Positions 21,671 to 35,774 are shown, numbered from the whole stretch's first letter. The stretch is DNA of 62,605 nt, filler included, from Porpidia crustulata (GCA_964255105.1; 7 parts of 7 records of this genome joined end to end with filler, not necessarily neighbours in it); one strand, 5' to 3'. A program made the numbers and translations. Notes: generated from the letters alone by a model not told the origin.

Positions 21671-24600
21671 ATGAAGGTACTTGATGGATTTTGCGGTGAT
21701 CGCCATCCCGATCAGACTACACCCGATGAAACAGACAAACACAGACGTGATCTAGAAACCGATTCTACAGCTTTACCAAAACCAAAATCAAAACATATTG
21801 ACGGCCATATCGCATACACTTCGACATATCTACGGCGACGAGTGCTTTTCGCCTTTGCTGTTCTTTTTGGAACACTCATTGCACTTGTTCAGTTTCTTTA
21901 CTATTACTCGCAGAAAAATCGAGGAATATTGACCAGTGACCAAAGCAGACGGTACCTCTGGACATTCGGACCGACCGCCATCTTCGTTTTCATCACTGTC
22001 CTCTGGCGCCAGGTCGGCTATGCCGCCAAGCTCATCTTACCCTGGGCCAACATGGCAAAGGGACCTTGTTCAGCTAATCGCTCTTTTCTTCTGGAGTATG
22101 TTTCGCCGTTCCAGCTGATAGCTCTTTGGAAGTCATTGCGGAATCGAGATTGGCTTATCTCTTCAACCGTTCTCGGTTTCATCTTACTGAAGATTCTAAC
22201 CATCGTGTCAACTGGACTGTTCAGCCTAAAGTCAGTACCTGTCGGGATTTCCGGGCAAGATATGATTCTTGCCCGTTCGTTTAACGGAACCAACTTTCTC
22301 GAATCAGATTTTGATATGCGACCCGCTTTCGTAGTCTACGGTATTCAAAACCTCAACTTGAGCTATCCGCCGGGGACCACTGAGCAATATGCTTTTACGG
22401 AATTTAAACCACGTGAACAAAATGTGGCGCAGCCAGGCTCAAATTTTACTGCCGTGGTTGATGTTTTCTCCAGCAGTCTTGACTGCGAACCTGGATTATT
22501 AAATCTCCTTAACACAACACAGTATAGGGAAGAAAATGTTAGTAGCATCGGGAAAGATACACAGTTAAGCACATTGTTCAATGTGAATGTGTCGACTCCG
22601 GACTGTCAAATCTACAATATCCCACTTGGACCTCCTGGATGGCATCCTACGGAGTTTTTGGCTAAGGTGCAGAAAGTTTTCTGTTCAAACCTTTCCTCAA
22701 ACGATAGAAATTATTATCGTGTTATGTTCTTAATTGTCTACTTTATGTTTGATAGATCTAATGTTCCCAGCATCTTCAAGTCATCAATCGCAGTATGCAA
22801 GCCTACCTATGCGATAAACTCGGCATCTGTCACCATGAATGCTTTCGGTGTTATCTCAAACCTGACTCTAATCGACCGGCCATCGCGGCAGCTCAAGGGC
22901 ATATCGGGGGCAGATCTTGCACAGGGTATAATGGATTCTCTACCCACCATAATGCCTCTAGGCCATTCTCCAAAGCATGATGGAGACGATTTACTGATCC
23001 TTGGCCTACAACACACCCATGGCCATGCTCCTTCTCGGATATCCGAAGCTGATCAAGAGACAGAGCTAGATATCTTTTTCTTATTAATGATGGAAAACAG
23101 CACATATCCTTCAAATGATTCGCCTCCTTCGGAATACCTTAGTTACGAGTTTTTAATGAATCAGAGCATTCCCATGTATAATATGATTGCAGTTCAAGTA
23201 GCCAGTCAACATCTCACGATGTCCTTAAGCTCTGGAGATTCTTTATCGTTTACGACTGGTTCAATCATCGAATTCAAAGAACGGCTTGCTTTACGCGAAG
23301 AACCCGTCCGTTTGATCGAGAGCATTCTTTTATTGATGATTTGCCTCACGGTACTCATATTCGTTGTGACGCCCCGAGACGTGGCTCCACGCTCGCCAGA
23401 CTCAATTGCTGTGCTCGTAGCGGTTTTCTCTCGGAACCCCACTGTCATTGCAGATTTAAGAAACGCCGGACATCTGAGCCTTGATGTCATTCAATCAATA
23501 TTATGCAAGAAAGACTTCTGGACTACCGCAGAACTGCAACAAAATATTCCTGTATTTACTATCCAGTGTTCAGGAACCCGCAGTCCATCCATGGATACTA
23601 AAACCATCAATTCAACTACAAAAGAATCGCAGCTTACTTCCACGTGGTATCGACCACTAGCATTCGGGCTCCCTTTAAGACTTGCGTTGATTCTTTTTCC
23701 AATTACCATCATCGCAGCATTGGAGGTCACATTACGCGTATCAAACTTGAAATCCGGTATCGCAGCAGTGGACGATAGCACCTTGACCAAGTATTGTTGG
23801 TTGTACACCCCCGTCGTCGTCCTTGTATTTGTAGGGACTCTCTTCAACGTTCTCGAGTTCCAGGTTGAGAGCCTTGAGCCATATCATACGCTGTCAATGG
23901 GATACCTTCAAGCTACCGACGGCTTGCTTCAATATCCACTGCGCATTATACCTATATATATAGTGTGGACTGCTTTACGCCTCCGAAGTTTCGCCATATT
24001 GGCCGCTTCGGTCGCCGGCATGTTCGTTCCTTTTTTGACCATAGTTGTCAGCGGACTCTTCTCTGTTGCGAATTTCAAGATTGAGCGCACAGTCTATGTT
24101 GGTGCAATTGATTGGTTTAACACGAATACTGATGTAGTCCTCCAATCAGGCATCATCACCAGCTTGATCATACATGATAACATGCCTTATCCTGCGTGGA
24201 CCCATGACGAGCTAGCGTTTCCAGAGATCATCATGCGAGACAATGGTTCTGTGATAGAGGCTGCCAAGGTGACAGAGTTAAATGTTGTCATGACCGCGCT
24301 TCGAAGTGTTCTAAACTGCACAGTCGTTCCTCAAAATCGAATATTGAATGCTTCCACAGTGACTACTACGATCGATGCGACCTTGCATTACAATTTCAGC
24401 TGCAATTCAGGAGAGGATGAGTTCAAGTCCATTTGGGTATTTAATAACGACACCGGAGTTCCAGTTCCAATCGATGGTTATTTCAACTATCTGTTCGTCC
24501 CAAGCCCGGTTGGCTGTCCACCGATCATGCTGTTCTTTGGCCAGGTATCGCCGAACAAAACAGAGCATTTTACTGCACTGACATGCAATCCTTATCTTGC

Positions 24601-25315
24601 AAGTGTTAACGTCAACGCGATTCTCGCTTTCTCTAACTTTTCATTATTCCTCAGCGACCAAGCGCCAACTGTGAATGAGTCCAGCGTCGATTATTACTCG
24701 GATTGGTTTCCCTCTATTGTCGATTTGTCAAAAAGCTTTCAGCCTCTGAACCGTTCTACGGATCTATTCACTCCTTTTTTTCAGGCCGTAGTTTACGGCA
24801 AAGATGCTGTGTCAGCAGAGGAGCTCAAGGACGACACTAAGCTCATAAAGTCTTTGGAACACATTTATCGACAATTTGCAGCGCAAATCTTGAACGGCAA
24901 TCGTATTTTAGATGGCTGTGTCCCGCCTAATCGAGCAAACGTCCCCAAATGTGTATGGACCGCATCTGTCCATTTATCGCAAACTCGTCTTGTCCAATCA
25001 ATGCTCTCGACCCGCCTTCTACAAGCCATCCTCACCGTCCTCACTCTTTGCGCCATCGTCGTATTCCTCGCCATGGACACGCGTCGGGTCCTGCCCAAAC
25101 CACCGTGTACGATAGCGGCAATTGCAAGTTTAGTAGCTGGAAGTCGGCTCATCAGTGAACATGAGCGTCTTTTCCCGCCGGGAATGGAGTGGTATACCAA
25201 TAAGGAGTTGGAACGATCTAAAATCTGGCAGGGCGAGCTTTTCCGGATGGGATGGTGGGATGGGGAAGACGGAGAGAGAAACTTTAGAATTGATGTCAAA
25301 GAAAGAACAGATTGA
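21671..25315 (+). CDS. DUF3433-family multi-pass membrane protein (1214 aa)
   Basis: Intronless ORF with two internally similar TM blocks (RYLWTFGPTAIF...LPWANMAKG...LLEY; YCWLYTPVVV...LEPYHTLS...LLQY), many N-glycosylation sequons and a C-terminal FRMGWW. Confidence 0.8.
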   Translation: MKVLDGFCGDRHPDQTTPDETDKHRRDLETDSTALPKPKSKHIDGHIAYTSTYLRRRVLFAFAVLFGTLIALVQFLYYYSQKNRGILTSDQSRRYLWTFGPTAIFVFITVLWRQVGYAAKLILPWANMAKGPCSANRSFLLEYVSPFQLIALWKSLRNRDWLISSTVLGFILLKILTIVSTGLFSLKSVPVGISGQDMILARSFNGTNFLESDFDMRPAFVVYGIQNLNLSYPPGTTEQYAFTEFKPREQNVAQPGSNFTAVVDVFSSSLDCEPGLLNLLNTTQYREENVSSIGKDTQLSTLFNVNVSTPDCQIYNIPLGPPGWHPTEFLAKVQKVFCSNLSSNDRNYYRVMFLIVYFMFDRSNVPSIFKSSIAVCKPTYAINSASVTMNAFGVISNLTLIDRPSRQLKGISGADLAQGIMDSLPTIMPLGHSPKHDGDDLLILGLQHTHGHAPSRISEADQETELDIFFLLMMENSTYPSNDSPPSEYLSYEFLMNQSIPMYNMIAVQVASQHLTMSLSSGDSLSFTTGSIIEFKERLALREEPVRLIESILLLMICLTVLIFVVTPRDVAPRSPDSIAVLVAVFSRNPTVIADLRNAGHLSLDVIQSILCKKDFWTTAELQQNIPVFTIQCSGTRSPSMDTKTINSTTKESQLTSTWYRPLAFGLPLRLALILFPITIIAALEVTLRVSNLKSGIAAVDDSTLTKYCWLYTPVVVLVFVGTLFNVLEFQVESLEPYHTLSMGYLQATDGLLQYPLRIIPIYIVWTALRLRSFAILAASVAGMFVPFLTIVVSGLFSVANFKIERTVYVGAIDWFNTNTDVVLQSGIITSLIIHDNMPYPAWTHDELAFPEIIMRDNGSVIEAAKVTELNVVMTALRSVLNCTVVPQNRILNASTVTTTIDATLHYNFSCNSGEDEFKSIWVFNNDTGVPVPIDGYFNYLFVPSPVGCPPIMLFFGQVSPNKTEHFTALTCNPYLASVNVNAILAFSNFSLFLSDQAPTVNESSVDYYSDWFPSIVDLSKSFQPLNRSTDLFTPFFQAVVYGKDAVSAEELKDDTKLIKSLEHIYRQFAAQILNGNRILDGCVPPNRANVPKCVWTASVHLSQTRLVQSMLSTRLLQAILTVLTLCAIVVFLAMDTRRVLPKPPCTIAAIASLVAGSRLISEHERLFPPGMEWYTNKELERSKIWQGELFRMGWWDGEDGERNFRIDVKERTD

Positions 25316-26821
25316 CCCAAAAATGGGTCATGGCGATTATAAGAAGCTACGACTAAAATGCCTTTGGCTGTTTCTCCGTAGGGCGCACAAAGCGAGACTA
25401 CCAAGTAGCTGCACCATTCAGGAGCGTGTTCAATTCGTACCGCTCGGCCATGGTCCCATCAGAATGACATAACGCAAGTCTACTAGCAACATACTCCGTA
25501 AGTGTCTATCCAGCACAGATACTATTAAGGAAACTATCTGATGTCCGGATCTCCTATGGTATAGGCAAGCAGCGTGGTAAAAGTAGGAATCAGAGCTTTG
25601 TACAGCCATGCGAATCACGCTCGAGTTGAGATTGAATAACATCATGTTACGGTAGACTGGCTGCTCTGACGCTGATGCGACTGAGGACTTTACGTCTTGT
25701 GTGCCAAAAATTGAATGTGAAAAGACTACGAAAATTGGTGTTGAGACCGTATCAAATCGGACGCGTTCTCACCTGCACACAGAGTATCCGAGACCTCGCC
25801 GGCTATTTTGGCTTAGGAGTGCAACGTAGGCTAGAGACCAAGGTGCAGGCGCTCAAACGAAGCTTGAGGAATTTTCAAAGATGTTCAAGCCCGCTCTGCT
25901 GCTCAGTCTCTGCCATTCACCAGCAATCGACGTTGTTATCCTTTCGCCTCCACTCTTTCCACATCTTCTCACCACTTCATCTTCATTCTCTCTAAAAATT
26001 AAAGTTTGCAACTGCTACGACACGTTGAAGGGTTCTCTGATCAATCTCGAAGATGCTAAGAGTGAAAGATTGGTGCGACGAAGAGTGCTAAAGAACTGTA
26101 CAAAGACCGGTCAATTCCAGCATCACTACTACAATGACCCCGGGGATGACACCGATACGATGGGGTATCTATGGTGCCAGGATTATTCCATGATGACTTG
26201 CGAAGTTTGGGCATCGATTACAAGAAAGACTTTGTGGAGGTTACGGATGCTCTGAAGAACTGAAAAGATGATTCGGTGCTATGGGACTAAATAGTCCTAT
26301 GCGAAATGGCGGCGAGAAATTCTTACCTCCCGGTCGTTAGGAAAAGCCAGAAGCAAAGTGGAATTCCATTGATAGACAGTTCAAGAAAACCAAAGTCATC
26401 CAATTTTCTGCAGTCAGCTTACCATACTCTAAATATCACCCCGCCAATTTGTCTAGATTATACAAGATCCCTCAAATCCACGTCCCTAGACCCATACGCA
26501 TCATTAATCACAGAAACCCCAGCCGAGTCAAACGCAAACTTCGAGAAAAAACTAGTGAGAAGCTAATTCATTCTCATCAGCGGCAGCGCTTGCACTGCAG
26601 CATTGAGGGCTACGCTGTAGCTGAGGAAGAAGAAGAGGAAGAGGAAGAGAAAGGAAGAAGAAGAAGAATAGGAAGTCGAGAAAGACGAGGAAGGGGATCA
26701 GAGCCGTCGAGTTAAACGTACGATATCACATATCGTAAATACAGCACCACCCTCTCTATCATTCCAAAAACCACAGCTTCTCCATCCCCACAACCCAGCC
26801 CTCAAACCATATACCATCGCC

Positions 26822-26921
26822 NNNNNNNNNNNNNNNNNNNNNNNNNNNNNNNNNNNNNNNNNNNNTTAATTAATTAANNNNNNNNNNNNNNNNNNNNNNN
26901 NNNNNNNNNNNNNNNNNNNNN
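26822..26921. other. Artificial contig linker
   Basis: N44-TTAATTAATTAA-N44. Confidence 0.98.
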
Positions 26922-29811
26922 GGGTGGCGGAGTAGAGATCGTTGGAGGGGTCGTCGGTTTCGCGAATAATTTCGAAGATGTCACGTTGGTTGATGGGCTC
27001 TCGGCAATTGAAACAGAGGGGCAGGGTATGTTTATCTTTCTGGTGGTCGATGTAGTTGAGAAGGCATTGCTTGCAAGCGCTGTGCCAGCAACCTGTGACG
27101 GCCGGGTCGATCATGGGTTCTTCGGCGCAAATAGGACATTCGTTACCGGTTTCGGATTGGATTTGCTGGAGGACATGAGCGCCGAACTTGTTGGTGATGT
27201 CCTGGTCTTTGGACTCAGAGGTGAAGCGCTCGATAAGCTCTTGTAGATCCATGTCGTCGGCGAGGCCGTGTGCGACATCCGCTGCAGCGGCAGCCTCCTC
27301 TTCTTCTGCAGCAATTTCCTTGTTGCGAATGAGAACTGGGTGGCAGCACGATTGACGGAGACGAAGGATTTGAGCAAAGATGGTTGTGTAAGATTTCAGA
27401 AGCGTGCCGGCCTCCATCGTAGCATTGAATGCACGTTTGGCTCGATTGAAGATGTAGTCATATACTTCCCGTTCCTGCTTGGAAAGCTCGATTTCTTCAA
27501 TTTCAATGATGCGTGGCGGCAGAGGTACGAGGGCTTGACCGTCAGGAGTTTTCATATCCTTCGTCCGACGGAGTACAAGTGGCTCGAGGACTGTCTGTAC
27601 GACATCGAGGGCCCGAATGAAGTCTTTGGATTCAAAGGGAACGGTAATAAAAGTTTTCCAGAACGAAAAGTTGGACCACGGTTCGACACGTAGGAAGCGG
27701 ACAAGACTAAACAAATCCTCAAGACGATTGACGATCGGCGTTCCTGTCAAGACCCAACGATGATGCGCGCTAATTTCGTAGCAGGCTTTTGCGGTTTTGG
27801 ATTGCCTGTTCTTGATGAAGTGTGCTTCATCGAGGATGACACGGAAGAAATCGAGGGAAAACAGTCCGGCATGCGAGCCTCGATCACCTCCACGGGCTGC
27901 TACTTGATTGAACTCTGAAAGGACAACGCCATAGCTGGTGACGACGACATTGGGAGCAGATGCAGCGTTAGCTTCGCAGCAAAGATTCCGTAGACTAGCC
28001 ACTTTGTCACTTCCATAATATACCAACGTTTTCAGAGTTCCTGGTTTCGACGCTTTCTCGGCTTCACTTTCCCATTGCGCTAAAAGTGACATCGGAGCGA
28101 CGACCAAAGTAGTACATGGCGCGGGTTCGATGGATGTCGAACTTTTGGGTAGTCTTGGTAGATTGACGACTGAGCCCTGGCAGGATCCTGAAGCCCGAAT
28201 TGCGACTTCTGATCTATGAGAATGTATCAGACTAAGCATTTCGATTGTCTTCCCAAGACCCATTTCATCGGCCAGAATGCCCCCAAGGCAATGCTGCTCT
28301 TGTTCTGGAAAATCCAGTGATAATTCTCCAGAGTAAGGGTTTACGTAAAAGCTTTCTTGACCAGCGACCTCTGGAATTATTCGATCATCCATGTCTTTGA
28401 CGGGCCATTTATACTCCTCCCAAAGCGGGTGCATTGACTTTTCTTTATTCTCAAGTTTCTCATCCTTCTCTTTGCCCATCATCCAGTGCAATGCTTGCTT
28501 CTGGTACTTTCGAAGGTCCATGCTAAAGGTATCTGCAGGCTCTCGAACCGGAGTATCAAAGTCAAATGACTGAGCTTTCTTATATAAAGAATCGAGCTGA
28601 TCTTGTTCCAACTCCGTGCCATCTTCTGCCTCATCATCTGCGGGAGAAGAGGCTCCATTCTCCTGTGAGACTTTGGGTTTCTTGCTGTCAGTATCTTTGT
28701 CCTGTAGTTCTGCAATCTCCGCCGCTTCAAGTATGCTCTGCCGTTTGTGCTTCGCAGTAGTGTCATTTACGGCGCATGGATGTAAGTTAATTTCATCAAA
28801 TAGCTTTACTAATGCCACCTGCCTCAGCCTTAGATCCTTCTCTTCCGATGTCTCCTTCTCCTCAAAAATACCTGTGGTACGATTGTTGTCCTGTGGGTTG
28901 ATGAAGTTTTCCACCTCAAACGCCTTCTTCAATAATGAGCATCTTAATTGCAGATATATGGTATCGTTGACTCGAACTCTATCCGGAGTAAAAACACATG
29001 TACCATCAAATCGACAGACGTTATGATCCATCAAGGTAGAGACCCAAGCCGCAACGTCTTTTGGTAGTCGTCCAATTTCTTCGCCTTTACCGTTCGTGAA
29101 TCGAACAATGATGTCTGTCCTCATCCTAGCAGCGTTTAATTTGGAAATTTGTATTATTTTTCCCCCTCTTCCTGTTTTCATTGGCGGCTTGATTTTGGTA
29201 CGCTCAATCTTGACTGATTCTCCATGTTCCACAAGACTTGGTCCACTTCGTGTCGCCCAAGCACCAACCCCAAATGCTCCTACGTACTTGACGTCAGGCA
29301 TCGACATAAGCTGTCTGGCATTGATAACGACCTCCGGGTTTGAGTCCTTGACTGATGTCGGCCTCTGGGCCTCCCGAGCCGGCAATTCCGAGCTGAAGGC
29401 ATCTCTAATAGGGTTCAAAGACGGCGCGGAAGTCGAAGATTTCTTCCAAGATCCGTCTAGATACAAGTTTACAGCACGCTCTATGCTGTCACCCGCTGCT
29501 TCTCTCAGCCTTTGCATAACATGCTTCGGTACTTCCTCGCCCACAAAAATCTCAAATAGCTGTTCGTCGAACCCACTTGTATCTTCTCCATTTTCTTTAT
29601 TGTGAGGGGTGTGAGTACCTGTCTCAATAGACCCTGGTTGAAGTTTGCTTGGAGTGTTTTGCCTTGCGGGTGTGTTGGGCGATTTCTCCGACAGTACTTC
29701 GCCATTTGGAATCGAGGGCTCTGGGCAAGCTGGCTTCTCAGCTATCGGAGACTCATCAGCAAAGAAGCGCCTCTTCTTGTAAGGTCGCTCTTCAATATCC
29801 GGAGCACTCAT
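26922..29811 (-). CDS. RAD5: DNA repair protein Rad5 (HIRAN + SNF2 helicase + RING), 3'-truncated by the contig end
   Basis: HIRAN (IVRFTNGKGEEIGRLP), SNF2 motifs GGILADEMGLGKT, ILDEAH and LTGTPIVNRLEDL, and RING CPIC...CWHSACKQC...CFNC. The helicase C domain is missing at the linker. Confidence 0.95.
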
Positions 29812-30225
29812 AATAGACTGCTGAAATGGGATGGTGATGATCGGCTTATTGCCCGCCTGCCCCACGGCAAAACGCGAGCGCGAGTCAGTCACGTAATCTC
29901 GTGCCTAAGTGCGGAATAATAGCCTACGGAAATAAGCCACTATCTCCGTACAACAATTTATTGTGTCTGCTGCGAAAGATTTGAAACGATCTTCCGGAAG
30001 GGAGACCTAGTAAATGCTACCCAGATCGCTTTGGCTCGTACAATTACAATAGACTAGTTACTTTGGAAATAGCTATGCAAATGGTGACGGGCGTTAAGTT
30101 CTGTGTCAGTGTCGGAAAACTAAGATAATGCTATGCTTGCTAATTTCAGCAATTCTCTATTCCTATCCCCTACGCGGTTATGCCCAAGCCGGCCCGCATT
30201 CATAAAGCATGAGAGTTCACAGCAT

Positions 30226-32425
30226 TCAACTTGCTGCAGCTTTAGGAATCCCTTCTTTCTCTGCGTTCGGATCCAATGGTTTCGAAGGGTCATATCCAAC
30301 AGCCTTGACGATTCCAAGACCTTTTGTCCGGCCTTCGCGGAACAGTATTCTATCACCCACGGCGAGGTATTCTGGTCTTTGTACGAAACGGAAAGCAACA
30401 GTTGCTCGATCCCCTGTCCGGATGAAAGCCCTATCTATGTCGATGATGGCACACGTTTGAGAAATCGGCCCGACATGAAGCATTGCCTGGTATTTGGTTT
30501 TGATAGTGGTAGCATGACTGAGTATCAGAACTGAACTGCTGTTAGCCTAGTATCTCGCTCCTTGAACTGCGTATGGGCTACCTTCGGCCACAAATTCCCG
30601 GTAAACTTTAGGCGGTGTATCAAGCTTTGGCAAGACTACCATACCTTTTCGTACTTCTTTCCGCCGTACTCTTTTCAGCGCAAAAGAAGCAGACTGGCCT
30701 GCCGAGCAAACCGGTACGGGTATTCTTTTTCTTTCAATAGACCTGATGTGAGTGGTCGTGAATTGGCCCAGAGAATCAGGCCCAATGAGGACTGCATCAC
30801 CGGAATGTATGACCCCTAATGTTTCTCAGCACAATCCTAATACTCCGAAAGGCGCGACAAACCACTTTTGACTACACCAGATACCACCGTTCCCACAAAG
30901 GGCACCGAAAATGTATCATTGACGTGGAATTCAAAAGGTGCCCCGGCGTCATAATTACCATGGTGAGGAAGTATATTCAAGAATGTCCGAACCAAGTCAA
31001 GACTTTCGCCGGTAACGTTTGATACCTGGAAGACAGGACATATCCGCTGGCTGATGAATTGGGTAGCCGTCTCGATGGTTTCCTCGTGATTTTTAATAAA
31101 AATCGGGATTTTCCTCGCTCCTGGGGACTTGAGTATTCGGGTAAGCTGCGTTATAGTCTGCTGCAGGATTTGAGGCGGGCAAATATCGATTTTGGTTATG
31201 ACAACCATCACTGGTACATTGAGTGCTAAGGCAATCCCCAGATGCTCTCTGTAGGCACTTCTTAGGATAGTTCCTCAGCGGGCTGTCATTCAACCACTTA
31301 CTTGCTCATTCCTATGAGACCATTATTTGCAGCTACCATAAGGAGACAGTAATTTGGACTGCTGCTTAGCAAGCCAAATACGGTTGTTCGCAGATACCTT
31401 TCGTGGCCTGCCAGATCCGTGAAGCTGATAACTTTTGCCTGTTTCGGTCAGCTTGATTTCCTTTTAGCATCTAGTAAAATCATACAGAACGCTTTCCTAT
31501 TTCTTCCCACGATAATTTTCTGCCAGGAACATTGGAAGCGACAACATTCCCTTGCACATCAAAACCCATTATCTCCATTCCCACTGAACTAGTGCGCCCG
31601 CTTTCCATCTCATGTTTGTGGCGAAAAAGGTTTACCCGCGCTTTTCCACGACCATCATCAAGATTTCCTTTTACAAGCACACCAAGCATCGTACTTTTAC
31701 CAGCATCCACTATATTGAAGTGTCAGCTTAATTCCTTCTCCTTTGAAATTGCCGTGTCCTACCATTGCCCACGACTGCAATGCGAGTCTCAATCACGTCT
31801 TCGATTGTGTCAGGTGTTTGCCGTATCAATAGCTTCCCGCTTGCACTTTTGTCTTTTGAATTCACCGTTTCAATCTCTTCGAGTCCTCCCACGTTTCGTG
31901 TCATAAGCACTCGGCACTCAGCCTGTAACATTCTACCAGCTCGCCGTATCCTATCCAACGCGATGTCCCATTGCTCTTTACTGAACCCCATCGACTCTCC
32001 ATTGTCTTCCTGCCCAAGGTCAAAAAGTGTTTCCCCATGTCCTTCTAGCATCCGACTTTGCACTAAATTGCTGAGCTGCTGCAGTGTGACCTCTGCGTCA
32101 TTGCCAGCGTCGAGAAGCAAGTCTTTCAATCTGACCTGCGCTGAAGTCTCAGCGAGGTCGAGAGTGTCGAGTATGTCAAGCTCAGCATGATCTTCAGTCA
32201 GTGTGCTTTGGGTCGAGTAACCACTATCGCTCGGCGCAACAGAAGCTTGACGCCCTGGGCGTAGCGATTGCTGCTTCTCAACATAGTCCGCAAACTCACT
32301 GAGTGCCTACTTGAGCAATCTGTTAAGGTTCTGGTACAAGACTTGATGTAGCCACAGCTTTGAAGACATACAGATTCACCTTTGCGCCGCTCTTGCACCG
32401 TTTGTTTCTGTACCCCTGCCGTCAT
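30226..32425 (-). CDS. GTP-binding protein 1/2-like translational GTPase
   Basis: [56 protein letters not shown] and [11 protein letters not shown] across several GT-AG introns. Confidence 0.9.
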
Positions 32426-32931
32426 CACCTATATTGCTCTTCAAATGCTAATTCAAGCACAATAGGTCAGGTGTTAGGATTTCTGTTTTCGTAGTATCAT
32501 TTAGAATTTCGATGTACTCTGAAATCGGGAAACGTCAATGGTTTTCTAGGCTCACTACATGCGATCTATTGGGATATATAGATAAATGTAGTCAAGTGGT
32601 GAGGTCTACGGCTATCGATAACCGGGATCATGACGCATAAGTCATGAGTCACCACCTAGTCATCACCAAGTCACCGTCGTGAGATTCTGAATTGTGCCGA
32701 TGTTAATTTCCAAATTTTTATATCAGGCCACTTTTGGGCGAGCACTATGAGGTTGAAATGGACATCCATCTTGCTAATGTCGTTGCACTACACTGTTCAG
32801 GCAACAAGAGAGCATCAATAGCCCTTCCAATGCAGGTATCATCGATGAGCCAGTCAATTAACAATTTTGGTTTCGAGCCCTTTCGAAACAGTCATAAATC
32901 TACTTGGATTCCTCGATGTCTGCATGCATCG

Positions 32932-33418
32932 TCACGAGGGTGCTTGCGGCGAAATAAGCACGACTGAATCACCTGATAGATATGAGCTTTAATCATGTAT
33001 AAATTTCCGTTCCAGTAATTGGACCAACCTCGAATGAACAGCATCTCGGACTGCTTTTTGATCGTCTGTAATTTTAGTTAAATCTTCAATCCAATGAGAC
33101 GGCCAGCTTTCATTCAATACATACCTTCACGACCTCGTCCTCATCGTCATCGTCCTCTACTACGTAAATTGTCTCTTCCACATCGCCTAGAACAAGATTG
33201 CAGTGACTATCGTATGCCTAGTTCTAGTTAATTTTTTGCATATCGGAACAGCTTGAAAGATTTGAAGCTCGACAGCGTCAGTAGGAACATACATGGAGCC
33301 GTCCTTTTAATTCTCGATCGCCCCTTAGCTTTACGAAGACAACTTCGTCCAGTGATAGGCGAATCAAGTCTAGAGGCTCCGAGACAGGCGCAGAATCTCC
33401 TTCTCCTGTGTCTGCCAT
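32932..33418 (-). CDS. LSM3: U6 snRNA-associated Sm-like protein LSm3
   Basis: [29 protein letters not shown] / [18 protein letters not shown] / [12 protein letters not shown] / [13 protein letters not shown], four exons. Confidence 0.95.
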
Positions 33419-33644
33419 AAGAAACGTAGTTGCAGTACCTTGAATTGAGTTTGGGGGGACGATGAAATGAGATGAAATCGTGAGGGGCGGAATTTTTCCG
33501 TCATGAAGGCTAGGATTTCCTTCCCGCAAACAATTTACAGGCGTATTGTGGTTCATTGAATGACACAAGAGTTCTGGAATATGACTATTTCAAGTCTATA
33601 CATCTTCTCGTGGTACCCAAGACTCTCTTTCCTTGTCCAGACTA

Positions 33645-35191
33645 ATGGCTATCCCTGAAGAGAAGGACGCAAGCAAAATTCAAAATGAGTCACTGGAGCC
33701 GGCCGTACCAAATGAAAAAGTGAGCCGGCAAACACCAACAATGGCTGACAAGGCATTGGAGAATAGCTCTGGGGGCAAATCGAAGAATGGGCCCGAAAAG
33801 CCTACAAAGTCGATAGCGGAACCAAAGGATGCACGATTGACAGGTGCGGAGGCTAAAAAGAAAGCGAAAGAAGAGAAAGCCGCGAGAAGGGCAGTGGGAA
33901 AACAGGGTCAGCAACCACCAAATTTGCAAGGAAACCGAGAAAATTTTGGAAAAACTGCCAATGGGAAAGAGACTGGGTCAGCTACGCAGACCTTGAAGAG
34001 TCAGCATCGGAAGACAGGCTCTACCGCTGCCGCTCAGCAGAAACCATTGGCTCTCCGGCCAGCAGAACCAGTTGCTGCACTACCTACCCAAGATGGCAAG
34101 AAAGACAGTAAGAAAGTTGCTCTATTTGGACATCTCTACGGAACGCCCAGAAGGACTACGATAGCGGGTGCAGGGAAAGATATACATCCAGCTGTTCTAG
34201 CATTAGGGCTGCAGATGAGTAACTATATTATGTGTGGGGGTAATGCTAGATGCGTTGCAACCCTACTGGTATTTAAAAGGGTTTGTGAAGCATACAGGCT
34301 TTATCGGGCCATAGCTTACGTATGTAGGTTATTGAATCATACGTCACACCTCCTCAAAACTCTCTCCCTCGTCATCTCACTACCCATTTGTCGTCTCAGA
34401 TCGACTATATAGTTTCCTGTCGGCCGCTCTCCGTATCAATGGGTAATGCTATACGATGGCTGAAGGTTGCCATATCAGCCGTTGATCCAGATACCCCTGA
34501 ATCCACGGCGAAGGCGGACCTCTGCGATGCCATTGACAACTTTATCCGCGAAAGGATTACCATTGCAGGCCAAGTAATCGCGACAAGTGCCACCGAAAAG
34601 ATCAGTGACGGCGACGTTATTTTGACATTCGCCAAGAGTAGTACCGTCCAGCAGACGATCCTAGAAGCGTTCCATCAAGGCAAGAAATTCCGCGTCATTG
34701 TGGTTGATTCGAGGCCACTGTTTGAGGGAAAGAACTTGGCACGCGCCTTGGCGGATCTTGGACTTGAAGTGCAGTACTCGCTCATACACGCCATCAGCCA
34801 TGCCGTCAAAGATGCGACAAAAGTGTTCCTGGGAGCACATGCCATGATGAGCAACGGCAGGTTGTATTCAAGAGCCGGCAGCGCAATCGTGGCTATGATG
34901 GCCCGAGAAGCCGATGTCCCGGTCATTGTCTGCTGCGAGAGCGTCAAATTCACCGACAAAGTAGCCCTGGACAGCATTGTCACAAACGAGGTTGCCCCAC
35001 CGGATGAATTGATGATACAAGGAAGCGGATCTACACAGTTACATCACTGGCAAGATACGTCGAAGCTGCAACTCCTAAACTTGATGTACGATCTCGCGCC
35101 GGCAGAGTACATCAGTATGATCATCACGGAGTATGGGTCTTTACCCCCAAGCTCTGTGCCTGTTGTCCATCGATTGGCCACCGATACGTGA
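33645..35191 (+). CDS. GCD2: Translation initiation factor eIF2B delta subunit
   Basis: DIHPAVLALGLQM...GGNARCVATL, SCRPLSVSMGNAIRWLK, FRVIVVDSRPLFEGK and NLMYDL...ITEYGSLPPSSVP. One intron 34281-34328. Confidence 0.93.
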
Positions 35192-35774
35192 AAGATGATA
35201 TACGGCTTAATAACTCCCATCATCAACTAGTAGAGTAAGCCGGCAGCCTCTCCTACACTACCGTGAAGTGTCACCGTCACGGAATCGACCCAATGACCCA
35301 TCTGAGTAACTCACCTGCTTCCAAAGAAACCCTAGACGTCGTCAAAGCACCTACGACGACCACCTCTTCTGCGGAACCTTTACAAGCTAGCAAAGCCCTA
35401 TCCTCGAAGCAATCTCAACATATGTCCAGAGTAGCAAAAAAGGGACATCAAAATCCCATCCTAGCTTCCCCCTCCTCAGTCCAGCTCTGCATCCACACAA
35501 TCCCACAATTATCCCCGCCACCGGAAACCCCAGCCCTCCAACAGCAATCATACCTTCCAGACAGCAACACCCACGAACCACTCCACAGCATCGGACGTCC
35601 ATTCATCTTACATCCTCGCTTCCACAGGCAGAAAGCCGCGCGGTGAAATACATATCCAGCAGGATTAGGGGGAGGGACGACTCGTGGTATGGCGAATGTT
35701 GTATTCTAGAGCTATCAAATATGAAGTGGTATAGCGAATCATCAGACAAGAGAATCAATCACATTTCCCAATAC

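Noticed and set aside
26610..26700. GA-rich low-complexity tract
   Set aside because: Simple repeat near a contig end; I cannot support a gene model.
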